From Azolla caroliniana (lineage: Eukaryota > Plantae > Polypodiophyta): 64,000 nucleotides of DNA. Where the stretch lies: assembly GCA_043228905.1 (NCBI GenBank), contig JBHGNT010000002.1, forward strand, positions 5,580,001 through 5,644,000, written 5' to 3'. Every line of letters starts with the position of its first letter. Within the stretch, counting starts at the first letter, position 1. Position numbers and translations under genes: made by a program. Below the pieces are notes generated by a model that worked only from the letters and a program-made list of their open reading frames with translations, was not told the origin of the DNA and ran no database searches. Positions 23,642 to 36,834 of this stretch are shown here, one piece after another.

Positions 23642-24278
23642 CCCATGATGTGTTGGTGTAATGGTAATGGGGGGACACTCCAACCGCTAGGTTGGAGGTT
23701 CGAGTCTCCCGCACCAACATACATGTGGTACCTAAAAAGGGCGGTTTGTGCCCGTAAGTGAGGACAACGAAGATAGTGGCAACGATGCAAATGGTGACAG
23801 TGAAGGGACGCGGGTTGTGATGCAAATGGTGACAGTGAAGGGCACTGTGCTCGTAAGTGACGACGACGCAAAAATGGTGATAGTGAAGGGACGTGGTTTG
23901 TGCTCGTAAGTGACGACGACGCAAAAATGGTGACAATGAAGGGACGCGGGTTGTGATGCAAATGGTGACAGTGAAGGGTGGTCTGTGCTCGTAAGTGACG
24001 ACGACGCAAAAATGGTGATAGTGAAGGGACGTGGTTTGTGCCCGTAAGTGACGACGACGAAGATGGTGACGGTTTCGACGATGAAGAAGGTAAAATGTAG
24101 CATGTCTACAAGTTGCATGATGGAACGTGGTGCGAGTCTCATCATATCCTAGAGGTCATCCTGTGCATGTATCACACTCGTACCGAATGGTACACCCTTG
24201 ATGGACTATGTACTGCTAATAAAACATGACTTCGAGCCAAAGATAAAAAATATCTTATAAACAAATAAGAAAAAAAAA
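23642..24278 (+). mobile_element. tRNA-derived SINE, copy 1, with expanded internal tandem repeats
   Basis: Pol III A-box TGGTGTAATGG and B-box GGTTCGAGTCT at the 5' end, A-rich 3' tail, and colinearity with the inverted copy at 63295-63674. Confidence 0.8.
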
Positions 24279-24310
24279 TTTCCCCCATCATGGAGGCATA
24301 TGACCATGGA

Positions 24311-24381
24311 CAGTCATGTGGAGTCTCTAGATATGGGTTGGGGGTCAGTCATGTGGAGTCTCTAGATATGGGTTGGGGGTC
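24311..24381. repeat. Perfect 35-bp tandem duplication
   Basis: CAGTCATGTGGAGTCTCTAGATATGGGTTGGGGGT occurs twice in tandem. Confidence 0.95.
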
Positions 24382-25159
24382 ACACAAGGTTTCATTTTGG
24401 CTTCATTAGGATAAATATACATACATACATACTGTAGTCTGTAACATACATATACATATTAATAATATATATAAATATTATGTACAAGGATAGAGAAACA
24501 GATAGGAAGGAGGAAAAAGCACAAAAATGGGGACAGATATATAAATATATGTAAATACCGTATACATCTATATATAAAGTATGGACCACGAGGATTAATG
24601 TTTCTCTTCTTCTTCTTCTTCTTCTTCTTCTTCGAATAAGACGAGCGAGCGACAGAGATAGATAGACAGACAGCATCGCCATCGCCATCGCCATCGCCAT
24701 CGCTACTTCCGCCTGCACCTCCTCCTCGAAAGCCTCAGGTCTAGTGTTCCTTCCTGAGTTCGATTCTTACTTTCGTTCCTATTTTGTCTCCATCTCGTTT
24801 GCTGCCGTCTGTTTAAATCTCCATCTCGTTTGCTGCCTTCTGTTTAAATCTCCATCGACCTTTCTATCCTCTCTCTCTCTCTCCCCCCCCCCCCCCCCCC
24901 CTCACCGGGAACGTCCCCGTTTTTCTCAGAATTTCTTTTTGAAAGTTTCCAATGTTCCTCTCATATCACATCTATGTTTTCCTCTTCATGGTATTCGGTT
25001 CAATAGCTCAGCTTCGAGGTTAAGGTCTTGCTCTTCATTTTCACTGCTAAAGGATTCCTGTGCACAACTTCGATCTTTTCCACTTCAAGCAGTGTTTTGT
25101 TCTAGAAGGCTTCTCACTGTGTTTTTTCTTCTTCAACACTCTTGGTCGAAATATATGCA

Positions 25160-25830
25160 CTCAGATTAATCTTCAGCAATCTGGTTCAGGCACTGAAATT
25201 AAGGATTTAGTAAACTTGTTCAAAACTCAGATTCAGCGTTGGAAATCTGGTTCCAATCTCTGCACTGAGGTTAATCCTCAGTAATCTCGTTCAAAACTGT
25301 TATAGAGGTTAATATTGAGTAATCTAGTTCCAAATCTCGCCACAGAGGTTAATCTGGCTCGAAGTCTCAGTTTAAGCTTCAGTCATCTTGTTCAAATATC
25401 ACGCCTCAGGTAATCTTGGTTCAAAATCTTGACGCTCAGGTTAAGCTTCACTAAACTGGCTCAGAAATCTCAAATTAAACTTCAAGAGTTTGGTTCACAT
25501 ATCTGCACTCTGGTTAGGCTTCAATAATCTGGTTCAATCTCTCAGTATTAAGGCCAGTATTTGGTAATTTGGTTGGAAAACACTGGTTAAACCTCAGTAT
25601 CCTGGTCGTGAAATGCGGTTTATTATTCATGAATCTGGTTCAAAATCTAGGTACTCTGGTTAAACGTCAGCAATCTGGTTTTTAATTGAGGTTAAGCTTC
25701 AGGAATCTGGTTCAAATTCTAGGCATTCAGGTTAAACTTCAGTAATCTTGTCCAAAGTCTCAGCTTAAAAGTTAAGCTTCATTAATCTGATTCAAGAATC
25801 AAAACCATGCTTTAGCATTTTGGTTAAAGC
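25160..25830. repeat. Degenerate ~35-42-bp minisatellite in the probable 5'-UTR intron of CBE1
   Basis: About 15 recurrences of a GGTTAA(A/G)CTTCAGTAATCTGGTTCAAA-like motif. Confidence 0.8.
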
Positions 25831-26406
25831 TCTTGGCACTTTGGTTTAGCTCTCTGTCCATTGTTTCATTCTGCCAAGAAGTTTCAACATGCAAAGAAAT
25901 ATTTTTGGCAGAAGCAGATAATCTCTAAGGAGGAGGATTGAAGCATTGTGAAAAATAGACTTGAAATTTATTGTCAGTTAATCAAGTCATTAAATATCAA
26001 ATATTTCCACTCAATTAGTTCGGGTCATTTTCTGAAGATATCCATGATATAATGATTTATATTGCACCTGGCCAGCAGTTTTTCACGACATATTGAAGTT
26101 ATCCAATTATGTCAGTGGTTTCAGTGGCTTTTCCATGATGAAGCATCCCATAAAGCTGTAATCTACCAAAACCCTGTGGCCATTTGTAACCATTTCCTTT
26201 CGACTTGTTGTCTTCATTGCGAATGCTATCCAGAAATCAGTTATAAGTGTACAGCACAGCAGAATGCATTAGAAACATTGGGAAATTGAGTGTCTTAAAT
26301 TATACACCTTATCCATTAGACAGGTTATGAAGTCTAAATTGTTGGCTCTCTAGGTTTTTGTGCTCATATACGTATTATTTTGACAAATAAGCTCTGAGTA
26401 TAAGAT

Positions 26407-29400
26407 ATGGGGCAAGAAGATTCAGAGAGCAATGGTGTACTTGGAGATCTCCGAGAATCTACCAAAGCTGTGAAGAAGTATGTACTTTCTACCTATATCT
26501 GTGTTCATTGTGTCCTTTCTTGCATATGTTTATGTGTTTATGATATAGAACAGAAAAAATGAATTTTCTTTTTCATTTTAGTTGTGCAACAAAGTTGGTC
26601 TATTCCAGAGACTTCCTTTTATCTCTAGCTGAGCAGGAAAATTGCAGGCAACTTCCTGAGGGAATTGACCCTTCTCTTTTAAGGTATTAAGATTACATAA
26701 ATATTTTCCATTCATAATCACGTATTTAGGCTTATAAAATTGGAAAATTGGTTTACCAGAGATCGCTCTTCAGAATCAGTGGATGGTGCAATTGCAATAC
26801 CAGCAGCTTCTTCTAGAAGTTTGATCCGTGGAAATAGAGACAAGTATAACTGCCTTAATATTCTAGTTACATTAGTTAGTGTAACAACATCGTATTTGAG
26901 GATAATTATTGCAATTTTGACCTGTAATTGTGCAGTGATGCTTATTCAGCCAGCCCTCCTGATATGCCAGAATGGAGAAAACCTTCAAGTCTTCCTGGAA
27001 GCTCTTTTGTGCAACAGGGTCTTAGGCAACCTGAACCCAATAATATTTCCAGTGGTAGATCTGGACATTTGCAAGGAGATAATGCTTCTTCTCGTAATGT
27101 GGAAAGACCTGGATCAAATAGGTGGGAACCCCGTGTAAATAGGGGAGAGAAAGAAAGAGAGAGAAGCCATCCTCGTCGCGAGGAGGATTCAACAGAATCA
27201 GGTGTGCACGAGTGATGTCTTCCATGTTTGTAAGCTGATGTTACTTAGTCATTATGCAAGAACTTCATTTTTCATGAGTAAGAAATATGATATTGATTAA
27301 GAAAATTTGCAAAGTGACATTTAAAGTATGGGGCTGATGTTCAGTCAGATTATATGTGATATACTTTTCTGGATACAGATAAACAAGAGGATTTGGATAA
27401 ACATGGGATATTCCTTGTTAGAATTTGAATTACACAGTAAGAATCTGGCATAGGGAACTGGCATTTGGTTACCCAGTCTACAGCTATTAAATTCAAACTC
27501 TAAAATGAGGGGAAAGTGTTTTCATTGTTGGTGTGGATGTGATGAATGTTATGGATTGTACATTCTATATGTGCATATGATGCTTTTTACCTTCGATATC
27601 AAGAAGTAAAGTATGTCCCACCATAGATGAATATTGAACTTTTAAGAAAGGTAAACTTCACCCATAAAGTATTCATCTGCTAGTAGACTTCCGAATATCC
27701 ACATTGCTGGTCATATCAGAGTCACAGTAGCTGTGGAGATTCAGAACCCCTTTACCATAACATAGACACTTTCTATTGGTTCTGTAAAGTTACCTGAATA
27801 TGGACTTGATTGCAGCCCAAAATTTCCCTCCATGTTGAGACATGAGTCTGCTCACTAGTCCTACTAGATGTGCAATGTCTGAACATGTTGTTACCATAGC
27901 ATGCATCAATGATCTGCAAGACAAATCATATGGACCAGTCCGCATCTCTTTGGATGCTGCATTAGTTGTGGGACATTCTGCCGTTGGAAACTTTTGTTGA
28001 AGTTGAAGAGGTATTGAAAGTGGCTGAGCATCCGCCATGTGAAATCTGTCCAATTACTTCTCAATGCATTTCTCCTGAGGTAGAAATAATGGCTTCTTTT
28101 GTCTTTTTTTCCTGATCCTCATGCCTATAATATGATGAGCATGTTCAAGATCTTTCATTGAGAATGCAGATTTGAATTTATCTTTTAGTTCCTGCAGAGT
28201 CTTATCATGCTTTCCTACAATTAACATGTCATCAATGTACTGAACTAGTTTGATGGAGCTGCCATCTTTGTCATTCTTTGTGTAGAGACAATTATTTGCC
28301 TGACACCAAATGTAACCGTTTGAGAACCCGTGTGTTTGGAAGCTCTTGAAGACGTCCATCTTTCGTACTAAGCCATTTAAGCTAACCTAAAATAATTATT
28401 TCATTACTTTTTTTATCGTGTGTGAAAAATCACACGGCACCATAAGAGTCAAATTTCTTGTGCTATTGGTGTGGGAACCTATTTTAGCTCAGAAGACTGT
28501 GTCTGAAGCTGCACACCAAATGCTTGTTCTCTGGGATCGTGAATCATTCCGATTGCTTCATACATAGCTCCTCACCAACTTTTCCATGAAGAGTCTGTTT
28601 TTACATCCACCTAATAAAATTCCAGATTCAATGCCAGCTATGAGAGCAAAAAGCGTTGCGAAGGTAGTTGTCTTGATTACTGACATAAAAACCTCTTGAA
28701 AATCAACTCACTTAGTTACTAGGTGGACCATCAGAATTCGTTACCATATATATCCACTTATTGGTACGGGCATTCCTGCCCTTAGGCAGTTCCACAAGAT
28801 CCCAAATGCTATTTTCAGGAAATGGTTCGATCTCCGCTTGCATAGCAAGCTTTGACTTATCTGGAAGTTCACATGTCTTAGCCTCTTTGAGTGTGAGAGA
28901 TTCTTTCTCATCTATAAGAAGCTTCCACAAGATCCCAAATGTTATTTGGAGGAAATGCTTTGATCTCCGTTTGCAAAGCAAACTTCCACTTATCTGGAAC
29001 CTCACATGTCTTAGCCTCTTTGAGTGTTAGAGGTTATTCCTCATCTATAAGAACCCAATGGAGGGATGGATGTTCCAGTGCAAATAAGAAGTACCTAGTA
29101 TTTTTACCCCAAAAATTCATTTTGCCAACTTTTGAACTAGGCAATTTGTGATTCTACTGAGAACAATTGTCAGTGACTGGATCTATTAGAATTGTACTGC
29201 AAGTAACTGAAGAAGTGAATTACTCTTTAACCGCCTCTAAAGGCATATTTTTCTTAAACCATATTTTTCTTGGAAATAAAGTTTTCTAATCTCAAGATTT
29301 GAGCAATGCTTACAGGGGTCATGAAAAAACCATTTATGATCATGTGTTTGCTAATATTGAATGAGTGGAGACTGTTTAGCTATTTTTGTGTACAGGATGC

Positions 29401-32400
29401 GATACATTTGTTAAGTATAATAGTCTGCGTTGTACTGAAATCAACCAACATTCTTCTCACTAATTTTCTTACTGAATCAAGGTGGTCGCCTTCATGCTAC
29501 GGGGTTGGCAAGGTCTGGGGTTGTATCACAAGAGCATGATGGTCTTCTAGGTAGTGGTGGTCCAATTGTTCAAAGAGGTGTGCCTCAGATGCGTACTCAA
29601 GATAGACATCAAGTGTCTGGGCGAACAGGCAGAATAGGCCGTACTACTGACCAATATCAACCTATACGTGGGGCAAAGGTATAGATTCTACTTGCATAAC
29701 TACAATTGCTATTTAATAATAAGCACTGGAACAACCTAGAGTCCAACTTTTTGATCTGGCAACGTAAACATGACAGTTTTCACGCCGAGAGGATAGTGAT
29801 TCTGTCAACGATGAGACTTTTGGGTCAGAAGAGCAGTCAAATGAAGAGAGGATTGAACAAGAACGCCAACGCAGAGGTAATGGAATTTTTTTGCTCGATA
29901 TTAATTGTTCTATTCAGTTTGTTGTAGTGATGCATTTGATAAATATGGTGTCAAACAGATTTATTTGAGCAAATGAGAAAAGAACAAAGGAAAAAGACCA
30001 AAGATATACCAAAGAAACCTGGAGATAACTGGATTTGGGATGGTGAGCAAAACAATGAACCTTTGTTGTCTTCATCACCTGGAACACCACACTCATCATC
30101 ATCAAAGGATGATACTATCAAGGCACACAGCAGGCCTGTTACAACTCCATCAACACCCCGTCTTCTTGTTCCTCCTGGGTTCTCTAAAGTTGCTCTACAG
30201 AAAACAAATTCTTCAAAAGAGAGTGATGAGCCATTTAAGGTACAGTGGATTTCAATATTTTTTCTCTAAACATCAAGATCATGTTATGTTACTAATGATA
30301 TTTTGAGAAAATTCTTTGAAAAGGCCACTCTATGTTAAAGTTGGCACTTCCATCGTGTAGATGGCTTATGACATTTAGAAAATTCAAGAGAAAATTTGAA
30401 GTACAGAAAGTGTGTACTGTAATTTCAGAAATGTACAAACGATGTACAAATGGATTTTCTATATGTTGGCTCATACTCAAATACAAAAAGTATTATTAAA
30501 TTTTGTGACTTTTTATAATCCTGTCGTCAGCTATTATCTGATTTATATTTTAGCGATACTTTAAGTTCAATAATAGGTGGAAATTGGTCCATCAACACAA
30601 GTTACGTGATATATGGTTTAAGAGTGAGTGATGTCTGATAGTGAGTGCATGAGAATTAGCCAAGAGGTAAGCTGTGGCATGCATTTGGGAAGTATAGAAA
30701 TTCATTATACGTCTTGTGTGAGTGGTTGAGATGAGGATTAGGACCAAGAGCTAGGATTTAGTACACCAGCTTAACACATAATAATTTGGGGGTGATAATT
30801 AAATGTGTTGGTTGGAAACTTTTCCACCACTATGCGTGCAGATAAAATGCATCTCACCTAAGCATACAGCCATTCTGATGTTTTGGCTATTTGTTTTCTG
30901 TTTTTTGTAGAGTACCGTGTGAAATACAGATGATGGCATTGTAAGCATACACCCATTCTGATGTTTTGATGATTTGTTCTGCTACTTGTAGAGTACCTTG
31001 CGAAATACAGAAGATGAAATTGTGCAAGCCGTAAAGCAGACAAACGTTGGAAAGGAGAAAAATGAGAATGTAATCATTGTAATGCAGGAAAACAAATGTT
31101 ATAGTTTGATTTCGTATGTGGTAATCGAATCATCTAACATTTATATATATTTTCATTTACAGGCACTTTGTCCAAGTGATGATGTACTGCAACCACGAGT
31201 TGCATCAAAATCCGCTCACTGGTTCCCTATTCAAGGTACATGATATCACTGCTTTTTGTTTCTTTTCAGCATTTGTAATCATTTGTAGACTGGTAATAGT
31301 GTGTAAATTCATGACTCCAGGAGAGCATTTAATGGAAAGTTCAATCCAACAAGCCAATCAAAGCTGTGTTACGACGACAAAGATTGGAACCATTGAGTCC
31401 ATATGGAGTGGGCAAACGAAATATCACGCTGAAGGTATATATCATAGAACCTGTGGGAACAAACAAATAGTGACAGTATGATTCTGGTTTTATATGCCCT
31501 CTGAAGAACCAAAATGAATAAAGCTTCAAGAATTGGTATAATACATGACTGAAACTCAGATAAAAACAACAATGAAATCAGCCAAGCAAACTAGTTAGCA
31601 AGTTTGTTGTAATCTGTCGAAAAATGCTGAAATAGCTTGTATCCAAGTCATATAAATCATCTTCTTCACTTGTTCCAAGTATATCTAATAGTTAATGACC
31701 AGGATGTCTGCATGTATGGCATCTGACACCTGTATCTCCATATACTTGCTCATATGGGGGTGTAAGTAAAAGGAGGGACTTATACTTGCCCATTTTCGTG
31801 CCTTGTTCTTTTTGGATTGGCTATCGTCTATGGTACGAATGTTTTGTTCATTATCATGTGGGTGCCCATCGTATATAATGACCTTAACATGTTTCTCCAA
31901 TTTTCTGTGTCGCTGAGGGTTGGTAGCGACATACCTCTGTATGGCTCTTGGAACTGTGAATATACATTTTGTCTCTAGAAAGTTTGGGTGTGGATGCTTT
32001 TTGTGAGGAAAAATAAGGTTATATGAATGTTTACGAAGGACTGTGTACTCTATTGGCTGCTCATTAAATAGGAATTGATGATCCAACCTATTACCCATGC
32101 CATAATCTTGGTCTTATCAAGGTGTATATAGAAATCAAAAGTGATCCACAGAGTACCATGTCCCCTAGAGTTTGAGACGAGTTCATCTGTACAAGGGTAA
32201 TTTCTTGAGAATCCTGTGAGATGTTGGAAATTCCAATGTATTATTAGGTAGAGTGTTGTGTACTCTAAAGGTTGCATTGAGGTGGAACACCTGAGGTTCT
32301 TATGTGGGAAATATGTGAGTCTTTGGAGTGAAATACTTACGAGGACCTGATTGTTCGTTGACAAAGAGTAAAAGAAACAAGAGATTAAAAAATGTCCCAC

Positions 32401-35400
32401 AGTTATCCTTGTTTGAATCTCTTATTGGGGGCCTGGACCTTCCTCGACACTGATTCATAGAGTGCATAACTTCCCATTGCATATACTTTGGTACCATAAT
32501 AGTCTTCAGTGGTTCATAAGTTTAGCTCATGGCACTGCTTTCTGGAAGTCTACATCTGAAAATGTTTTCTCATTATGAAAAAGATTGAATTAAAATAAAT
32601 GTAAGTATAAAAGTAAAACTGCTTAAGTTACCATATATGCACCTTAGGAAAGCACGTAATGGTTTGAGCTTAGATGGGACCAAGACATCTGCCTTTGGAA
32701 GACCTTAACTAAGCACACAACGGTTTGAGCTTAAATGGGGCCAAGACATTCGCCTCTGGAAGTTCTTCAATTCTCCAACATGGGACGATCCAAGATGGGG
32801 AGAGGTACACTGACGGGAAAGTGCTGTCAGTGTCAGGTGATGATGGCCTTGATTTTTAACTAGAAGGATGATGAAGTGTGTGATCTGGATGGGAAGGTCC
32901 ATGGGGTGATGGTGCTAAAAGGGGTTCTTTGCAGACTTGATTTTGTGGCCAAAATCATAGGCCGATGTGTTTTGATATCTTACAAAAACAGTTGCAAAAT
33001 ATGTTAAGTCTTCATATTTCATTGCCCTGCAGAGTGTTCCAAAGCAATATTGGAACAAGGTAGAGCATTTATATTTATGATATGTGATTAGAACTAATAT
33101 CAGCACCTGCAGATTCATGAAAGCTTGGTTCCATCCAAACAGATGTTCATTTGGGAACTTTTGCAGTGCATGGTTCTGCCATTGCATATCTACGGGAGTC
33201 TAAGGGGCCCATTTGTTCCGGGAGGAAATTGCTCTACACAATGTAACTGTCTTGGCTCATTTGTTCCGGGAGGAAATAGCTCTACACAACGTAACTGTGG
33301 GGGGTCCTAGATATCTTAGCTGGTCTATTTCTCATTTGTGTTTGACCCCACAATGTGTATAAAGCTCTGCCTATCAGAATGACTAGAGGTATATGAGAAC
33401 TCAGTTGGAAGATATTTTGTTAAAGGGATTGCCATACAAACAGAAAAACATGAAAGAAATTGTGGATGTGACCCTTTGTTATTTAACCCTCTCATTATGC
33501 TTTGTTGCTGATGTTTTGATTATCCATAAACCCTGTTAGAATTCAGTGGAACAAAATGAGATTTTATTTGCGAACACTTTATTAGTTAATTTCCAACTTC
33601 AATATGCAAGTTCACATTCTGCTATGTAAGCTCACATAAGCTACTTGAACCAAGATTTGTGCAAGATGTAACTGGGTGATGTATCTAGTCCTCTGACCTA
33701 GTCAATGGACCTCAGCTTGGGGGATTATTGTGAGTTATCTTCAAGCTTCTGATGTCATTAATTACAGAATTAGTGATTTACTTTTGTTGACCGTAATGGG
33801 TTCGAAAGGAAGAATCTGCATTCATACTTGCATGGATTGCTTGAAGGTTTCACCTTAACTCAAAATGTAGGGGTAATGTCTATCTGAATTAATGGAATTT
33901 CCAGTCTATGATCCCTGGTGGCTGGCAAGAGTTAGTGTCCTGCCAAATAAACTTGAGAAGCTCAACTGAATCAATTCTTTTAAAGAAAGTTAGTACATAG
34001 TACTCTCATTATGTACCCATATGCCAATACAAAGTATCCCTTTTCTTTTGACACTACAAAAATATTAATGCGTTGGTGAAGTTCATATTTAATTTCTTTT
34101 CAGTGAATTATGTATCCATATGCCAATACAAAGTATCCCATTTCTTTTGACACTTTACAATAATACTAATGCGTTGGTGAAGTTCATATCTAATTTCTCT
34201 TGAGTGAATTAAGTTGTTGGAAAAATAAGGTAAACATCATAGAAAATCTATGTGACACTTCCATTTGTGTACCTAGATATTAATTTATTAGGTCACCCTA
34301 GAATAAGTGCGAGTTTGTTCAAAAAGCAAATGCTTGTTCACCTATTGAAATTCATGATTCTCCTATACTCGTAGAAAATATAAAATTATGTATTCTTGTA
34401 TGCCACATTTTAACACAGATACCACCAAGTTTAAATGTGGTGAATTAGAAAACTGATGGAATGGTTTTCTATTTTCAGGAAGTGATGACGTGGAGATATC
34501 TGCCCGTTTATCTCATCTCCCAGGTTCAATTGAAACTATTGATAACTTTTTTGCGAAAAACAACAGTGTTGCCATTCCTGGTTTAACAGAAGCTCTTGGT
34601 CTTGTTAAACTGTCATCTGTGGAAGATAAATCAAATCCTGTTTCCTATGAGATGCCTATTAAAAGTCAGGGGTCAGTGCTTCCGATGCCAGATGGACCAT
34701 CATTGGAAGATGTTGAAAGAATGATGACTGCTACAGCACACACAAACTCAATTCTAAGATCAAAGGACATTAGTGCAGAAAATGAAAGCGAGATCACAGG
34801 GGATCAGTTATTCTCAGGTGGATTCTCAATCCTTACCAATATCCAGAAGCCATTTTTGAATGATTTGCCACCAGCGAGGATGCCACCAGTATTTCTGACA
34901 TGTGAAGATCTTGAGCAATCGTTTCTGGCTCAATCAGTCTCATTGAATGACAATGGAAACCATTTTAGCTCAGGTGTAGTACAACAAGATGCAGCCATAT
35001 CGACACAGAAGGGCTCATTACGAGAGAATGCTGAATGGAATATTCGACAGGTTTTTGCTGCAGGTGACAATGTCACAGAGAATGCTTCTCAGCATATACT
35101 GTCGTTATTACAGAAAAGCAATGGAAAACTTCCTGAGTCAAAGAATCCAGGTAGTGGTGCGCCAACAGAGTCAACTATTTGTCTACCACCGCATGATGAG
35201 AGATTAGAGGGTCTCAAAAGCATGGAAACATTTAGTCAAAAAGCAGAAGTTATAAGCCTTGAAACTTTATTTGGGAAAACATTTGCAAATGAGCTTCGTT
35301 CTGTGGGAGAACCTGTGTCATCCAAAGTGGCAGAGGATTCAGTTTATGCTTCTCGAGGAAATGGTCTTCAATCTTTGCTAGGTATGGTTTCATCTAATAA

Positions 35401-36187
35401 ACAAGGCCACCATGTTGATGATGGTATAAGAGGAAAGCAGTCTATAGGTGGGTTCTCTGAGAGGGAGAAAAAACAAAAAGGCTCACTAGAGCCTGATGTA
35501 CATAAGCTTACATGGTCTGACAAGATTCCACATGAACGCATACATATGGACAATTTGGTAATTGACCAGTCAACTGTGAGAGCACCAATGAATGGACCAC
35601 TTTTACGTGAGGTTGAGGAGAGGAAGCTATCTGTGAATGCTCATCAAGGTCATGTTCATCATCAGGCACATTATGATGGGCCGTTTGCCACTAATGTACA
35701 ACATGCGAAGCCTCTGGCACCAATGCATGAGGTTGTATCTCGTGATATGGGCATAGTTCCCCAAAACGGTTCTTTCCATTTACAGGGAAATTTCTTCCAA
35801 CCTAACCACCACATACAAGGTCAGGGTTTGGATGGGGTTGGGCCTATCTTCAAGATTCCTTCCTTCCGTCCAGAGTCAGTACAGAGTGGTTTTGAGTTGA
35901 ACCATCACATGCAAGGTCGTACGGGTTTGAGCATAAATCCACAATGGTTTGCAAGTGACCCTAATCAAAATTCTCAAGGCTTTCAAGGCTTTCATCCATA
36001 TCAATATCCAGTACCTGATAGGAATGATCCAGATTATGGGAGGTTTGGTCAGCATCTGCATGGAAATTTACACATTATGAGTTCAACAGTGGATAAATTA
36101 AGTACCCCGGAAATAAGACAATTCCCATATGCACCGGGCTTTGATGGGTTTGTAGCATCATCCAATAGGAAGCCAAGCAATGGTTAA
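26407..36187 (+). CDS. CBE1: CBE1-like (conserved binding of eIF4E 1) protein; exons 26407-26477, 26582-26683, 26760-26843, 26936-27201, 29482-29678, 29777-29876, 29959-30239, 30992-31069, 31163-31235, 34479-36187
   Basis: Canonical eIF4E-binding motif YSRDFLL (26601-26621) followed by SL..C..LP, then family motifs QEHDGLLGSG, DSVNDETFGSE..E.ERQRR..FEQMRKEQ, LVPPGF, SKSAHWF, FLTCEDLEQS, ASQHILSLLQK and LETLFG..FANEL. All junctions are GT-AG and in phase. Confidence 0.85.
27600..29100 (-). mobile_element. Decayed Ty1/copia RT remnant inside a CBE1 intron; includes a ~133-bp tandem duplication (28790-29053)
   Basis: Fragments AMQAEI..NSIWDLVELPKGR..KWIY, YIDDMLIVG, FSMKDL..IIGMRI and DIAHLVGLVSR, with many stops and frameshifts. 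Confidence 0.85.
34008..34211. repeat. ~100-bp tandem duplication in the last CBE1 intron
   Basis: ATTATGTA(C/T)CCATATGCCAATACAAAGTATCCC...GTGAATTA occurs twice. Confidence 0.9.
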
Positions 36188-36834
36188 AAGGCTTAACTTG
36201 ACGAGGTCACTGGACAAGTCCGTTGCGTTAGTGTAGATCTCAAGAAATGCTTGAATATGTAATCTTGCTGCTGGTATCGTATGTGAATAATGTGTGCTTT
36301 GTTTTTCATGATGGAAAGTGCTATAAAAAGTAGTTTATATGGACATTTGATGGTAAAGAAAAGAAATGATAACAAGTTCGAATGGATTTCTGCTGTAGAA
36401 CCAGGTTGAAATTCTCCCTTGGTTTTTCTCACCTACCGCTTGCTTTTATTTATTGCTTTCACATTAGCATTTATTACGATGAAATTTTTGCCATTATGAA
36501 ACTGCATTTTTGCCTACCGATATGACATGAGAATAATCATAAGGACCAATTGTAAAATGCATTGATTGATGTAGCATGGTTAATTAGGCATTTTATTGCA
36601 ATTGCCCTAGTTTGAACTAGTTTTTAAGCAACCAGTTGACTGGGTTTCCCATTTAAAGAATGGAAATAAATTGGGTGTTTTTTTTGTTGAACTGTTCCTA
36701 AAAGTTTTTTTTATAGTGCACTCTATTCTTGAACCTGATATGTATTTCAGGTACATATTTTATATGTTGGATTTTCCTTTTGTTCGTTAAATAACATGTA
36801 AAAAAGTAAAAGGGAACAATACTGTGGTGAGTGG

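Noticed and set aside
23646-23725. Possible tRNA gene
   Set aside because: It has A and B boxes but no proper cloverleaf or anticodon arm, and it continues into a body shared with 63295-63674, so it is a SINE head.
23740-24070. CRISPR-like or His/Cys-rich ORFs in the repeat block
   Set aside because: The apparent spacers are themselves repeated, and the ORFs are translations of the SINE minisatellite.
31500-33350. Additional gene inside the large CBE1 intron
   Set aside because: Only short ORFs without recognisable motifs. Probably decayed TE sequence that I cannot classify.
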